Shown here in pieces: positions 1 to 8,847 of a DNA stretch of 64,000 nucleotides. The position numbers were made by a program, and so were the translations under genes. Position 1 is the first letter of the stretch. Every line of letters begins with the position of its first letter. The stretch is from Elusimicrobiota bacterium (GTDB lineage: Bacteria; Elusimicrobiota; Elusimicrobia; UBA1565; JACRDR01). The stretch spans positions 22,973 to 86,972 of the forward strand of contig JBGFSC010000005.1 of assembly GCA_041694815.1 (NCBI GenBank), read 5' to 3'. Under the pieces are notes generated by a model that saw only the letters and a list, made by a program, of their open reading frames with translations, did no database searches and had not been told where the DNA came from.

Positions 1-240
1 GGTATAGGCAAAAAGTGCCCTAATCACCCCGCCCGCGTTTCCTTTCACGGAGCCGACCGAACCGCCGATCATGATTTCTTCCGCGCGCACACCCGCGGCA
101 TGACCAGCCTCCGGCGAGGCTCCTTGGCCTAAACCCGCCTCAAGCACCGATGCCGCCTCGGAGGCGTGTTCGATGGGAGACGCCGACGCGAAGGGCATGG
201 ATCCAAAGAGGAATAGAACAGCGAAAGCTATTTTTTCCAT
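1..240 (-). CDS. Secreted/membrane hypothetical protein, tandem paralog of 228..800 (partial, runs off window)
   Basis: Hand-translated and absent from the ORF track: MEKIAFAVLFLFGSMPFASA|SPIEHASEAASVLEAGLGQGASPEAGHAAGVRAEEIMIGG. Aligns with DPIHDASEAVSALEQGL...HDAGRRAEELMLGG of the neighbour; open to position 1. Confidence 0.75.
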   Translation of the reverse strand, partial: MEKIAFAVLFLFGSMPFASASPIEHASEAASVLEAGLGQGASPEAGHAAGVRAEEIMIGGSVGSVKGNAGGVIRALFAYT

Positions 241-800
241 TTCCACCGATCGATGACGCCGCCGATCGAGCGGCCCAAAAGATATCCCGCTGCGCCGAAG
301 GGAGCTCCCGAGATCAATATCGCAAGAGGCACTGAAGTGATCAGAAACACCAGCAAGACCGGCAAAAGGATAGGTGGGGAATCGGCCGGGAAAATTCGAT
401 TGACGAACGGGACTCCATACACCGTCATCCACCATCCGCCAAGGAGAGAGCCGCCGATCGTAAAGCCCAATAACCCGCCAGCAACCCGCCCTATGCTTCG
501 ATAGGATTTCGGTTCTTTAACGACGATCGGGCCTTTCCGCGGCAGTTTAGCGACCAGGCGGGCCAGCAAGTGAGGCGCCGATTTCACGCGCGAGCGTCCT
601 GATACCGAAACGCGAGTGCCTCCCCCCAGCATCAGTTCTTCCGCCCGCCGGCCGGCGTCATGGAGCTCCTCTAGCGCATGTTCAGGCCTAAGACCCTGCT
701 CCAAGGCTGAAACAGCCTCCGAGGCGTCATGGATCGGGTCGGCAAACGCCCGGGAATTCCCCAAAAATAGGAGCGATCCTAACACGAAATGCATCTTCAT
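228..800 (-). CDS. Hypothetical protein with signal peptide and C-terminal Gly-rich TM segments
   Basis: Signal peptide ending AFA, hydrophobic Gly-rich C-terminal helices, TACTAT -10-like box 4 nt before ATG. Confidence 0.75.
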   Translation of the reverse strand: MKMHFVLGSLLFLGNSRAFADPIHDASEAVSALEQGLRPEHALEELHDAGRRAEELMLGGGTRVSVSGRSRVKSAPHLLARLVAKLPRKGPIVVKEPKSYRSIGRVAGGLLGFTIGGSLLGGWWMTVYGVPFVNRIFPADSPPILLPVLLVFLITSVPLAILISGAPFGAAGYLLGRSIGGVIDRWKWKK

Positions 801-829
801 GAGGATAGTAGGCTAAATAAGTCCTCGCC

Positions 830-891
830 TGAGCCGAAAGGCCTAATCTTGCCGGTCTTAAGACCTACGAACGAGCAGGCCGATCGGCCTA
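830..891. promoter_or_regulatory. Three copies of 16-bp palindromic motif (tAGGYC-N4-GRCCTa)
   Basis: TGAGCCGAAAGGCCTA 830-845, CCGGTCTTAAGACCTA 852-867, CAGGCCGATCGGCCTA 876-891. Confidence 0.6.
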
Positions 892-894
892 GCT

Positions 895-1317
895 TTACGC
901 GCGTTTGGGAAGCAGATGAAAATTACGGATATGGCTAGGCCGATAATGGGCGAAATCTCGATCCACCGTAAACAGGGTCTTGATGTTCTCCCTTTCCGCG
1001 ATGGATACCAGCGCGGCATCGGCAAAATCCATGGGCAAGTCCCGGTACTTTCGCATGAGCTCTCGAATTCTAGGGATCTCGTTCTGTCCCAGCTCCAAGG
1101 GGATCAGACTGCCGGATTCCATCAGCCTTAACACGGCGTCTTGGGCTTCGAAAGAGATTGACAACAAATGCAGCGCCTCCGTTACGGCCGGCCAGGCGGT
1201 GAACAGGGCTCCCTTAAAACTCTTTAATGCCCTGACGCAAGATTCATGATGCTTATCGTTGGAGCTAAAAAAGGCGATCAGGGGGCCGGCGTCAACGAGA
1301 ACGCGCTCGGCGGACAT
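895..1317 (-). CDS. vapC: PIN-domain toxin (VapC-like)
   Basis: VLVDAGPL, TEA, MDFADA, TVDRDF acidic PIN motifs; overlaps the upstream antitoxin. Confidence 0.9.
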   Translation of the reverse strand: MSAERVLVDAGPLIAFFSSNDKHHESCVRALKSFKGALFTAWPAVTEALHLLSISFEAQDAVLRLMESGSLIPLELGQNEIPRIRELMRKYRDLPMDFADAALVSIAERENIKTLFTVDRDFAHYRPSHIRNFHLLPKRA

Positions 1318-1561
1318 TTAACGCCCTGCGGAAATAATCGTGCGCGCGCTCGGAAAGGTCCGCAGGGGCGTCCCGGCAAATCCCCAGGCTGTCCTTGATC
1401 TCATCGTAGGGCGAACGCTCCGAGCGAGCGAGCTTGTTCTCCCAATAACTAATCACCGCCTCACGAATCAAGGCGGAGCGGCTGCGCGTCCCGCCAAAAC
1501 GGCGCGCCGCTCTCGAAAGAACCGACCTCTCACGCTTCTTGAGGCGAAGGGTCACGGTCAT
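1292..1561 (-). CDS. Ribbon-helix-helix (CopG-like) antitoxin
   Basis: MTVTLRL...SRSALIREAV RHH pattern, 89 aa, directly upstream of the PIN gene. Confidence 0.8.
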   Translation of the reverse strand: MTVTLRLKKRERSVLSRAARRFGGTRSRSALIREAVISYWENKLARSERSPYDEIKDSLGICRDAPADLSERAHDYFRRALNVRRARSR

Positions 1562-1563
1562 AA

Positions 1564-1601
1564 GTAATACTTATTGTAATACACGCCGTGAGTCCCGTCA
1601 A
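1564..1601 (-). promoter_or_regulatory. Sigma70 promoter of the TA operon with candidate operator
   Basis: TTGACG (1601-1596), 17 nt spacer, TACAAT (1578-1573); GTAATAC repeated at 1564-1570 and 1576-1582. Confidence 0.65.
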
Positions 1602-2017
1602 GGCGCCGGCTGCGCCCTGCGGGGATAACGCGCGGTGATTGTCGAGCGCATCCCCCCGCGGGTGTTGAAGGAGCCGGTCACCACGGCCCAATGGGGCTTG
1701 ACGGCGCCGACGACGTCGTCGAGGATGCGGTTGACGGCGTTCTCGTAGAAGATGCCGAGATTGCGGTAGGCGAGGATGTAGTACTTGAGGGATTTGAGCT
1801 CCACGCATTCCTTGTCGGGGAGATACTGCAGCGTAATCGTCCCCACGTCGGGAAGGCCGGTCTTCGGGCAGATCGAGGTGAACTCGGGCATCTCGATGCG
1901 GATCTCGTAGCCGCGGTATTGGTTGGGCCAGGTCTCGATCGCCGGCAGCCGCTCGCTGCGCCCCGACCTAGCCTGCTGCGACGTGTATCCCAACGAGGTC
2001 CTTTTCTCACGCGGCAT
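1598..2017 (-). CDS. queF: NADPH-dependent 7-cyano-7-deazaguanine reductase (preQ1 synthase)
   Basis: EFTSICPKTGLPD, ELKSLK and RGG motifs of unimodular QueF. Confidence 0.93.
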   Translation of the reverse strand: MPREKRTSLGYTSQQARSGRSERLPAIETWPNQYRGYEIRIEMPEFTSICPKTGLPDVGTITLQYLPDKECVELKSLKYYILAYRNLGIFYENAVNRILDDVVGAVKPHWAVVTGSFNTRGGMRSTITARYPRRAQPAP

Positions 2018-4226
2018 GTTTTCTCCTCAGTCTCAGGGAATTGACGATCACCGAAATCGAGCTCAAGGCCATCGCGGCGCCGGCGAACTGCGGCCTCAGC
2101 CACAGCCCGAATTGGGGCGCCAAGGCCCCGGCGGCCACCGGCAAGAGCAGGATATTGTACGCGAAGGCCCAGGCCAGATTCTGCCGGATGACGCGGCGGA
2201 TGCGTCGGCTGAGCTCGATGGCCTCCATCACGTGGGCTAGGTCGTGGCTGAGCAGCGTGATATCGGCCGATTCCATGGCCACGTCCGTGCCACTACCCAA
2301 GGCGATGCCGATATCCGCCTGGCTCAAGGCGGGCGCGTCGTTGAAGCCCTCTCCGACCATCGCGACTCGATGCCCCTTGGCCTGCAGCTCGGCGACGATC
2401 TTGGATTTCTCGTCCGGCAAGAGCTCCGCGTAAACGGTGGAGATGCCGACCTTGGAGGCGACCGCCTCAGCGGCGGCACGGCGATCCCCGGAGGCGAGGA
2501 TGAGGTCCAGGCCGATCGCCTTCAGGCGGGCGACCACCTCTTCGGCCCCGTCTCGGACCCGGTCGGCCAGTTGCAGCGTGCCGTAGAAAGCCCCGTCCAC
2601 GGCCACGGCGACCACGGAGCCCGCTCCCGAAAGGGCGAGCGCCGCCTGCGGGATGCGCACCCCCGACGCAGAAAGCCAGGCGGCGTTGCCCGAGAGTATC
2701 GTTTCGCCGAAAGCCGCCGCCTTCACGCCCCTTCCGGGAAAGGCCTCGAAGGAATCGAGCGCGGCCGGCGAGATATTCCGGGCGGCGGCCGCCCTCCGGA
2801 TGGCCTCGGCGAAGGGATGCTCGGAGCGCTGCTCGGCGGTGACCGCGTAGCGCAGCAGCTCGGCCTCGCTCTTGCCCGCGGCGGGTGCTAAGGCGGTCAA
2901 TTCCGGGCGCCCCTCGGTGAGCGTGCCCGTCTTATCGAAGACCACGGCATCGAGCTTGCCGACCTTCTCGAGCGTCTCGGCGTTACGCAGCAGCACTCCG
3001 GACTCGGAGGCCTTGGCCATGCCGATCATAACGGCCATCGGCGTCGCCAACCCGAGGGCGCAGGGGCAGGCCACGGCCAGAACCGAGACGAAAGCCGTCA
3101 TGGCGTTGCGAAGGCGCGGCTCCTTCCCGCGCGAGAGCCAAAACACGGCCGCGCCCAGCGCCAGCAAGAAAACAGCCGGTACGAAGACAGCGGCCACGCG
3201 GTCGACCAAGCGCTGGACTGGCGCCTTCGAGGACTGGCTGCGTTGCACGGCCTCGAGGATGCGCGAAAGCGCGGTGGTAGCGCCCACCTCCGTCACCGCC
3301 ACGGTCATAGCCCCCGTCATATTGAGCGTGCCGCCGTAGACCCGAGCGCCAGGACCCTTTTCCGCGGGGATGCTCTCTCCGGTCAAAAGCGACTCGTCGA
3401 CGGCCGAGAAGCCCTCCTCGACGACCCCGTCGAGTCCGACCTGTTCGCCGGGACGCACCAGGATGCGCTCTCCCTTGGCCACCTCGGAAAGGGGCACGAC
3501 GGCCTCCCCGGCGGGGCGCAGCACGCGCGCGGTCTTGGGCGCCTTGCGCAGGAGTCGGCGCAGGGCGTCGGAGCTGCGCTTCTTGAAGGAGATCTCCAGC
3601 ACCCTTCCCAAGGTCACCACGGTGATGAGCCCGACGGAAGCGTCGAAGTCCGGCATGCGCGAGCCAGGCGGAAGCTTTTCCGGCAAGAACACCGCCCAGC
3701 TGCCGAAGGCGTACGCGGCCCAGGTGCCCACGGACACCAGCGTGTCCATGTCCGCGCGCCGGTGCCGCAGGCTTTGCATAAGTCCTTGGTGGAAGTGCGA
3801 CCCGCAGAAGAGCTGCGCCACCGTCGCCAGAGCCCAGACGGTGTAGATGGAAAAGTTGAAGAACCCATGCGACAGGATCGCCGCCCACAACGCGGCCGCG
3901 GTGATCAAGCGCATCTTGAGGGTGCGCAATCTTTTGCGCTCGGCCTCGAGCGCCGCCTTTTCGGCATCCTCGTAGCTCGCGGCCAATCCCGCCACGGGAT
4001 AGCCGCGCTCCTCGACCGCGCGGCGGATGGCCTGTGCCGAAACCCGGGAAGAATCGAATTCGACGGAAGCCGTCTTGCTGGGCAGGTGGACCGCGGCCGA
4101 ATAGACGCCGTCGAGCCCGGACAGGGCCCCTTCTATCTTGGACACGCAGGAGGCGCAATGCATCCCCGGGATGGGGAGCACGACCCGCTCGCGCTCGCTT
4201 ACCGGCCGCTGAGGGAGCCTTGCCAC
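2007..4226 (-). CDS. copA: Heavy-metal (Cu+) translocating P1B-type ATPase
   Basis: GMHCASC HMA domain, TGES, CPCALGLA, DKTGTLT, SEHP, YN..., MALSS; start moved to GTG 4226 behind a GGAGG RBS. Confidence 0.92.
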   Translation of the reverse strand: MARLPQRPVSERERVVLPIPGMHCASCVSKIEGALSGLDGVYSAAVHLPSKTASVEFDSSRVSAQAIRRAVEERGYPVAGLAASYEDAEKAALEAERKRLRTLKMRLITAAALWAAILSHGFFNFSIYTVWALATVAQLFCGSHFHQGLMQSLRHRRADMDTLVSVGTWAAYAFGSWAVFLPEKLPPGSRMPDFDASVGLITVVTLGRVLEISFKKRSSDALRRLLRKAPKTARVLRPAGEAVVPLSEVAKGERILVRPGEQVGLDGVVEEGFSAVDESLLTGESIPAEKGPGARVYGGTLNMTGAMTVAVTEVGATTALSRILEAVQRSQSSKAPVQRLVDRVAAVFVPAVFLLALGAAVFWLSRGKEPRLRNAMTAFVSVLAVACPCALGLATPMAVMIGMAKASESGVLLRNAETLEKVGKLDAVVFDKTGTLTEGRPELTALAPAAGKSEAELLRYAVTAEQRSEHPFAEAIRRAAAARNISPAALDSFEAFPGRGVKAAAFGETILSGNAAWLSASGVRIPQAALALSGAGSVVAVAVDGAFYGTLQLADRVRDGAEEVVARLKAIGLDLILASGDRRAAAEAVASKVGISTVYAELLPDEKSKIVAELQAKGHRVAMVGEGFNDAPALSQADIGIALGSGTDVAMESADITLLSHDLAHVMEAIELSRRIRRVIRQNLAWAFAYNILLLPVAAGALAPQFGLWLRPQFAGAAMALSSISVIVNSLRLRRKHAA

Positions 4227-5002
4227 GCCGCCTCCAAGGCGCTCATTCCGGACCATATCCCCGCGAATCCCAAGCGCACCGCCTCGTCTATACCCTTTCG
4301 CTCCTTGAGGGCCGCCAGGCATTGCGAGAAGCCGATGCGCCCGCCTCGCTCGATCATGAAGCCGGCGACATCGCCGACCTGTTGGTACCAACGGTTGACC
4401 TCGCGCTCCCGCTCGCTCGCCGGCACCAATGCCGCCATCTGGTCGAAGGGCACGGGCTGCAGCTGCCGGGGGAAGGTCGCCAGCGCCCGATGGCCCGTCG
4501 CCTGAGCCTCCTCGTAGACCGCCAGGCCCTCGTTGATCCAGCGGAGTTCGAGCGGCGAGCCGCCCATGTACTCGTGGAAGATCAAATGCGTCATTTCATG
4601 CGCCAGCACACCCGCCAGGTGCGGGCCGTCGTAGCTATAGATGGCGTTGTCGACCGTCAATCCCGCGGACCATGCGGCGAACTGCGTCTTCCTGTGGTAT
4701 TCTCCCGCATCCGCGTAGATGACGATCTCGTAGAGCCCGCGTGGCCGGAAGGAATAAAGCCCCGTATCCCCCATGATCCGGTTGTATTGCGCCTCGGCGG
4801 CTTCCAATATTTCCGCAGCCCTGGAGGAACCATAGGCCTTCACGGTGAAATGCAGGCCGGAAACCTCCTTGCCCCCTGGGTCGAGGCCGGGAAAAACGCC
4901 GGAGGCGAGCGTGGAGGTCGACTCCGCCGGCGCGGAGCCTTCCGGAAGGGAGACGCAGCCCTGAAGCGAGAGCAGCAGCAGCGCCCACGACGAGAAGCGC
5001 AT
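4199..5002 (-). CDS. Lipoprotein with gluzincin (peptidase MA-like) domain
   Basis: Lipobox LQGC, HEMTH (HExxH) and WINEGLA third-ligand motif; TACAAT 7 nt before ATG 5002. Confidence 0.8.
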   Translation of the reverse strand: MRFSSWALLLLSLQGCVSLPEGSAPAESTSTLASGVFPGLDPGGKEVSGLHFTVKAYGSSRAAEILEAAEAQYNRIMGDTGLYSFRPRGLYEIVIYADAGEYHRKTQFAAWSAGLTVDNAIYSYDGPHLAGVLAHEMTHLIFHEYMGGSPLELRWINEGLAVYEEAQATGHRALATFPRQLQPVPFDQMAALVPASEREREVNRWYQQVGDVAGFMIERGGRIGFSQCLAALKERKGIDEAVRLGFAGIWSGMSALEAAWQGSLSGR

Positions 5003-5037
5003 GGTTCGCATTGTATAAAATTGTCTAACATGGGCTG

Positions 5038-6447
5038 GTGAAACCCCGGCCCGTCCTACAGGTGCAGACCCTCAAGATCGAGCGCATGGCTCCGGAAGGC
5101 CAGGCGATCGGGCGCGCTCCGGGCGGAGGGAAGGTCGTTTTCGTCCCCTATGGGGTTCCCGGCGACGAGCTTGACGCCGAGACCGTCTCGAGCAAGGGCG
5201 GCTATTCGGTGGGCCGCTTGCTCGCCTTGCGCACTCCCGGGCCGCAGCGGATCGACCCTCCCTGCCCGCTTCACTTCTACGTCGGCCGCCAGGATCCTTG
5301 GTGCGGAGGCTGCGATTGGCAGCAGATGGACACCCCGGCTCAGCTCGAACACAAAAGGGCCTTGGTGCTCGATTGCCTCAAACGCATCGGAGGACTGCCG
5401 ACGGTCGAGGTGGGGCCCTGCCTGCCCTCCCCCAAGGCTTGGCGTTACCGCAACAAGGTACAAGTCCCTTTCGGGCTGCAGGACGGGCGCATCGTTGCCG
5501 GCTTCTACTCTCCCGGCAGCCACCGCATCGTCGATTTCCAGGATTGCCCAGTCCAACCGGAGCTGTCCGTGCGGCTGACCCTCCGGCTCAAGGACTGGGC
5601 GCGCGAAAAGCGCTGGCGTGTTTACGACGAGAGGCTACACCGGGGCTGGCTACGGCACGCGCTCATCCGGGTAAACCGCCACGGCCAAGGGCAATTGACC
5701 CTGGTTACCCGCTCGGCGGAATTCCCTGGCCAAGAGGAATTCGTGGCCGCCATGCGCCGCGCCTTCCCGGAGCTCGTCGGCCTTTTCCAGAATGTCCAGG
5801 AGGAGAAAACATCGGTGATTCTGGGAAGCCGGTGGAGAAAGCTATGGGGCAGCCCTCATCTGGAAGAGAGGATAGGCCGCTTGAGGCTGCTCTGTTCGCC
5901 CGGGGCGTTTCTTCAGGTCAACACGCCCGCCTGCGAACTGCTCTATGAGCAGGCGGAGCGCGCCTTGACCGCCGGAGGCTTCCATCCCGGCTTCCTGGCC
6001 GATCTCTACTGCGGGGTCGGCTCCATCGCGTTATGGCTCTCCCCATCGGCCGACAAGGTGCTCGGCCTCGAAGAGAATCGAGAGGCCGTTGCCGACGCTT
6101 GGGCGAACGCGCGGGCCAATCATGTCTCCAACGCGAGATTCATCGCTGGCCGCGCCGAGACTCTGCTTCGCCAGCTGCGCGAGGAATGGGAAAGGCGGCC
6201 TCCGGGCTCCTGCGCGGTCGTTCTAGACCCGCCACGCTCAGGTGTCGCCAAACCCATACTCGCAAGCCTTCAGGCGCCAGCCGTAGGCCGGATCGTCTAC
6301 GTATCCTGCAATCCGGCGACATTCGCCCGCGACGCCGCATTATTGTCTCAAACGGGCTTTGGTCTTAAGCAAGTTCAACCGGTCGATCTGTTTCCCCAAA
6401 CCTCCCACGTGGAACTCGTGGGCGCGTTCGAACGGGTAGGTCTTTAG
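5038..6447 (+). CDS. rlmD: 23S rRNA (uracil-C5)-methyltransferase RlmD
   Basis: TRAM-like N-terminus, C..CGGC Fe-S motif, FLQVN, DLYCGVG, LDPPRSG, YVSCNP, DLFPQTSHVE. Confidence 0.93.
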   Translation: MKPRPVLQVQTLKIERMAPEGQAIGRAPGGGKVVFVPYGVPGDELDAETVSSKGGYSVGRLLALRTPGPQRIDPPCPLHFYVGRQDPWCGGCDWQQMDTPAQLEHKRALVLDCLKRIGGLPTVEVGPCLPSPKAWRYRNKVQVPFGLQDGRIVAGFYSPGSHRIVDFQDCPVQPELSVRLTLRLKDWAREKRWRVYDERLHRGWLRHALIRVNRHGQGQLTLVTRSAEFPGQEEFVAAMRRAFPELVGLFQNVQEEKTSVILGSRWRKLWGSPHLEERIGRLRLLCSPGAFLQVNTPACELLYEQAERALTAGGFHPGFLADLYCGVGSIALWLSPSADKVLGLEENREAVADAWANARANHVSNARFIAGRAETLLRQLREEWERRPPGSCAVVLDPPRSGVAKPILASLQAPAVGRIVYVSCNPATFARDAALLSQTGFGLKQVQPVDLFPQTSHVELVGAFERVGL

Positions 6448-6500
6448 GCCTAGATTCTGATGGGTCCTTGACCCCTGGAAATCGCGGGCTTTAGGGGCCA
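6437..6500. promoter_or_regulatory. Three copies of the 16-bp palindromic motif at 24-bp spacing
   Basis: TAGGTCTTTAGGCCTA 6437-6452, TGGGTCCTTGACCCCT 6461-6476, CGGGCTTTAGGGGCCA 6485-6500; the last overlaps the CATACT -10. Confidence 0.55.
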
Positions 6501-6510
6501 TACTAAAGCC

Positions 6511-7263
6511 ATGAGCCTAGCGCGCCTAGCGTTGATCCTTTGGACGGCCGCGCTGTTTTCCGCCGGTCGCGCCGATGCGGCTGGTCCGGAGGAAGGGAGC
6601 TTCAAGAAGCTCTTTGCGCACGAGCTCGATTGGCAGGTCTATCAACGCCTTTCCCAGGACCCGGCGAAAGCGCCGCTCAAGACGGGTTTCGACAACGACT
6701 GGTCGCGTTACGCCGACAACCCTCTTGAGGAGAAGGGGCGCCCCGCCTTCGTGGAGACCTGGAGGAAAAAATTCCAGTCCTTGGCCGCGGAGTACATGGC
6801 CACCGACGAGATGACCGATTCCAAGCGCGCCGAGTGGCAGAAATACGTGGACCTTCCCCCTCCAACGCCGATCGAGCTCATGGTCAGCGGCAAGCAGGCC
6901 TTGGAAATGGCCGGCCTGCAGAAGCCGCCGGAAGTAGCCCCTCCGGACGGAGGTGCTGCCAAAGCTGCCGCGCGAGGGCCGGTGCTCGCCGAGAGGCCCA
7001 AGCCCGCGCCAGGATTTTCCGTCGACACCCCGCCCACTCCGGGCGAGGATAAGGGAGAAAAGAGCAAGACGCCGCAGTTGAGAATTAAGCTTTACGAATC
7101 CATTAGGAATTGGGGAGTCTGGGTCGGTACCGGCTTCATATTCGGTGCCGTCATGAATTCCGGCATGGGCGGCGCCCTGGTGCTCGGGATGCCCTGGCTT
7201 CTCGCCGGGGTCCTCGCGGGCTGCGCCCTCGGCCTTCTCGTGAAGGCCACGACCAAGGACTAA
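6511..7263 (+). CDS. Hypothetical exported protein with C-terminal Gly-rich TM hairpin
   Basis: Signal peptide ADA, Pro-rich linker, two hydrophobic Gly-rich helices. Confidence 0.75.
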   Translation: MSLARLALILWTAALFSAGRADAAGPEEGSFKKLFAHELDWQVYQRLSQDPAKAPLKTGFDNDWSRYADNPLEEKGRPAFVETWRKKFQSLAAEYMATDEMTDSKRAEWQKYVDLPPPTPIELMVSGKQALEMAGLQKPPEVAPPDGGAAKAAARGPVLAERPKPAPGFSVDTPPTPGEDKGEKSKTPQLRIKLYESIRNWGVWVGTGFIFGAVMNSGMGGALVLGMPWLLAGVLAGCALGLLVKATTKD

Positions 7264-7265
7264 TC

Positions 7266-7306
7266 TAGGCCCTTCGTCCCATTTCCCCGTTAGGTCCGAA
7301 GGCGCT
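7266..7306. promoter_or_regulatory. Two copies of the 16-bp palindromic motif
   Basis: TAGGCCCTTCGTCCCA 7266-7281, TAGGTCCGAAGGCGCT 7291-7306. Confidence 0.5.
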
Positions 7307-7340
7307 TGGCAAATTCCAAAGCTCCGGCTACAAATAAGGC

Positions 7341-7796
7341 ATGAGAAAAGCACTGTTCTTCACCTTTCTATTTTTAGGGGTGGGTCTCGCGCACGGCAAA
7401 GAGGATTTTTCCCACTTGAAAGACATGGCGCAAGATATCGCGTCTTCCCCGGAAGAGGGGCTAAGCAGCGCCTTCGATCGCGGATCGAAGCGCTCCCAGG
7501 GCATCACCCTTGGCTCGGCTCGCCGGCGCGGCTCCGTGAACGCGGCCGCGCCGTTACAGAAGGCTCAAAAGCCGGTCGGCATCCCGGTCGGGGGCTCGGG
7601 CGACGACGAGGAGGAGGAAAAGGCCCGGAATCTGGTGGAAAAAAAGATCGGGATGTCGGCCGTGGCCTTCATGGTGGGGACGCTGATCGGAACAGCCGCC
7701 ACGAACAGCTTTATCATCGGGGGAGTTCTCGGACTGGCGGCGGCGATACTGAGCTGGGTGACGTTCGATTCCGTATTTACGAAGCCGGCCGACTGA
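7341..7796 (+). CDS. Hypothetical exported protein with C-terminal TM hairpin
   Basis: Signal peptide AHG and two C-terminal Gly/Ala-rich helices. Confidence 0.75.
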   Translation: MRKALFFTFLFLGVGLAHGKEDFSHLKDMAQDIASSPEEGLSSAFDRGSKRSQGITLGSARRRGSVNAAAPLQKAQKPVGIPVGGSGDDEEEEKARNLVEKKIGMSAVAFMVGTLIGTAATNSFIIGGVLGLAAAILSWVTFDSVFTKPAD

Positions 7797-8847
7797 TCCG
7801 CCGGCCCTGCGCGTCGAAGAAATAAAAGGCCCCGGGCTCGAAGCGGAGTCGGACCTGGCTTTTTAGGGCGAGCCCCGTTTTCCCTTGTATGCGGCATAAG
7901 AGCCGCTCCTGCCCCAAGGAAAGCTCCGCCCAAGTTTCGGCGCCCATCGGCTCGATCAGCTCGAGGCGCCCGCATATCCCCTCTCCGGCGTAGGCCTCCA
8001 GCAGGATATGCTCGGGCCTAAGTCCCACGGTTACGCGGGAAGGCAGCGCCGCCTTCATCGAATCGGGTAATGGCCACAACTGGGAGCCGATTCGCAGTCC
8101 CGAGCCCTCGACGACGGCTTCCAAGGTGTTCATTGGGGGCTTGCCGATGAACTGCCCGACGAATAGGTTGGCCGGGTTTTCGTACACCTCCATGGGAGTC
8201 CCCACCTGCTGCGGGGCTCCTCCCTTGAGGATGACCATGCGGTCGGACAAGGACATGGCCTCCTCTTGATCATGGGTGACGTAGAGCGTGGTCACCGGGA
8301 AATCCTGGTGGAGTTTTTTGAGCTCCATGCGCATCTGCGCCCTGAGCTTGGCGTCAAGGTTCGAGAGCGGCTCGTCCATCAGGAATACCCGGGGCTGGCG
8401 AACCAGGGCGCGGCCCAACGCCACCCGCTGCTGCTGGCCCCCGCTGAGCTGCGCGGGCCGCGACTCAAGCGCCTGCGAGAGCCCCATCAATTCCGCCATG
8501 CGCTCGACGCGGCTACGGATCTCGTCCTTGGGCAGGCCGCGCACAAGTAGGGGAAAGGCGATGTTCTCGCGCACCGTCTTATGGGGATAAAGGGCATAGT
8601 TCTGGAACACCATGGCCACGTCCCTTTCGCGCGGGCCCAGCGCCCCGACGGGCCGGCCGTCGAAAAAAATCTCGCCGACGCTGGCTTCCTCCAGCCCCGC
8701 GATAAGGTTGAGCAAGGTGGTCTTGCCGCAGCCCGAGGGGCCGACCAGGCAAAAGAACTCCCCGTCTTCGATCGTCAGCTCGAGCCCGGACAAAACGGAG
8801 TTCCTCGCGAAGGCCTTGCCCAGGCCGCGGACCTCGATCTTGGCCAT
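7777..8847 (-). CDS. Carbohydrate ABC transporter ATP-binding protein (MalK-like)
   Basis: GPSGCGKT, LSGGQQQR, DEPLSNLD, C-terminal OB/TOBE region; start trimmed to MAKIEV. Confidence 0.93.
   Translation of the reverse strand: MAKIEVRGLGKAFARNSVLSGLELTIEDGEFFCLVGPSGCGKTTLLNLIAGLEEASVGEIFFDGRPVGALGPRERDVAMVFQNYALYPHKTVRENIAFPLLVRGLPKDEIRSRVERMAELMGLSQALESRPAQLSGGQQQRVALGRALVRQPRVFLMDEPLSNLDAKLRAQMRMELKKLHQDFPVTTLYVTHDQEEAMSLSDRMVILKGGAPQQVGTPMEVYENPANLFVGQFIGKPPMNTLEAVVEGSGLRIGSQLWPLPDSMKAALPSRVTVGLRPEHILLEAYAGEGICGRLELIEPMGAETWAELSLGQERLLCRIQGKTGLALKSQVRLRFEPGAFYFFDAQGRRISRPAS

Noticed and set aside
116..131. Extra copy of the palindromic motif (GAGGCTCCTTGGCCTA)
   Set aside because: Single copy inside a coding region with no 24-bp partner; likely chance
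2007..2060. preQ1 riboswitch before queF
   Set aside because: queF start overlaps the copA stop; no leader or motif
2983..4505. Long alternative-frame ORFs over copA (391 and 420 aa) and many similar ones elsewhere
   Set aside because: Arg/Gly/Pro-rich shadow ORFs expected in high-GC DNA, overlapping well-supported genes
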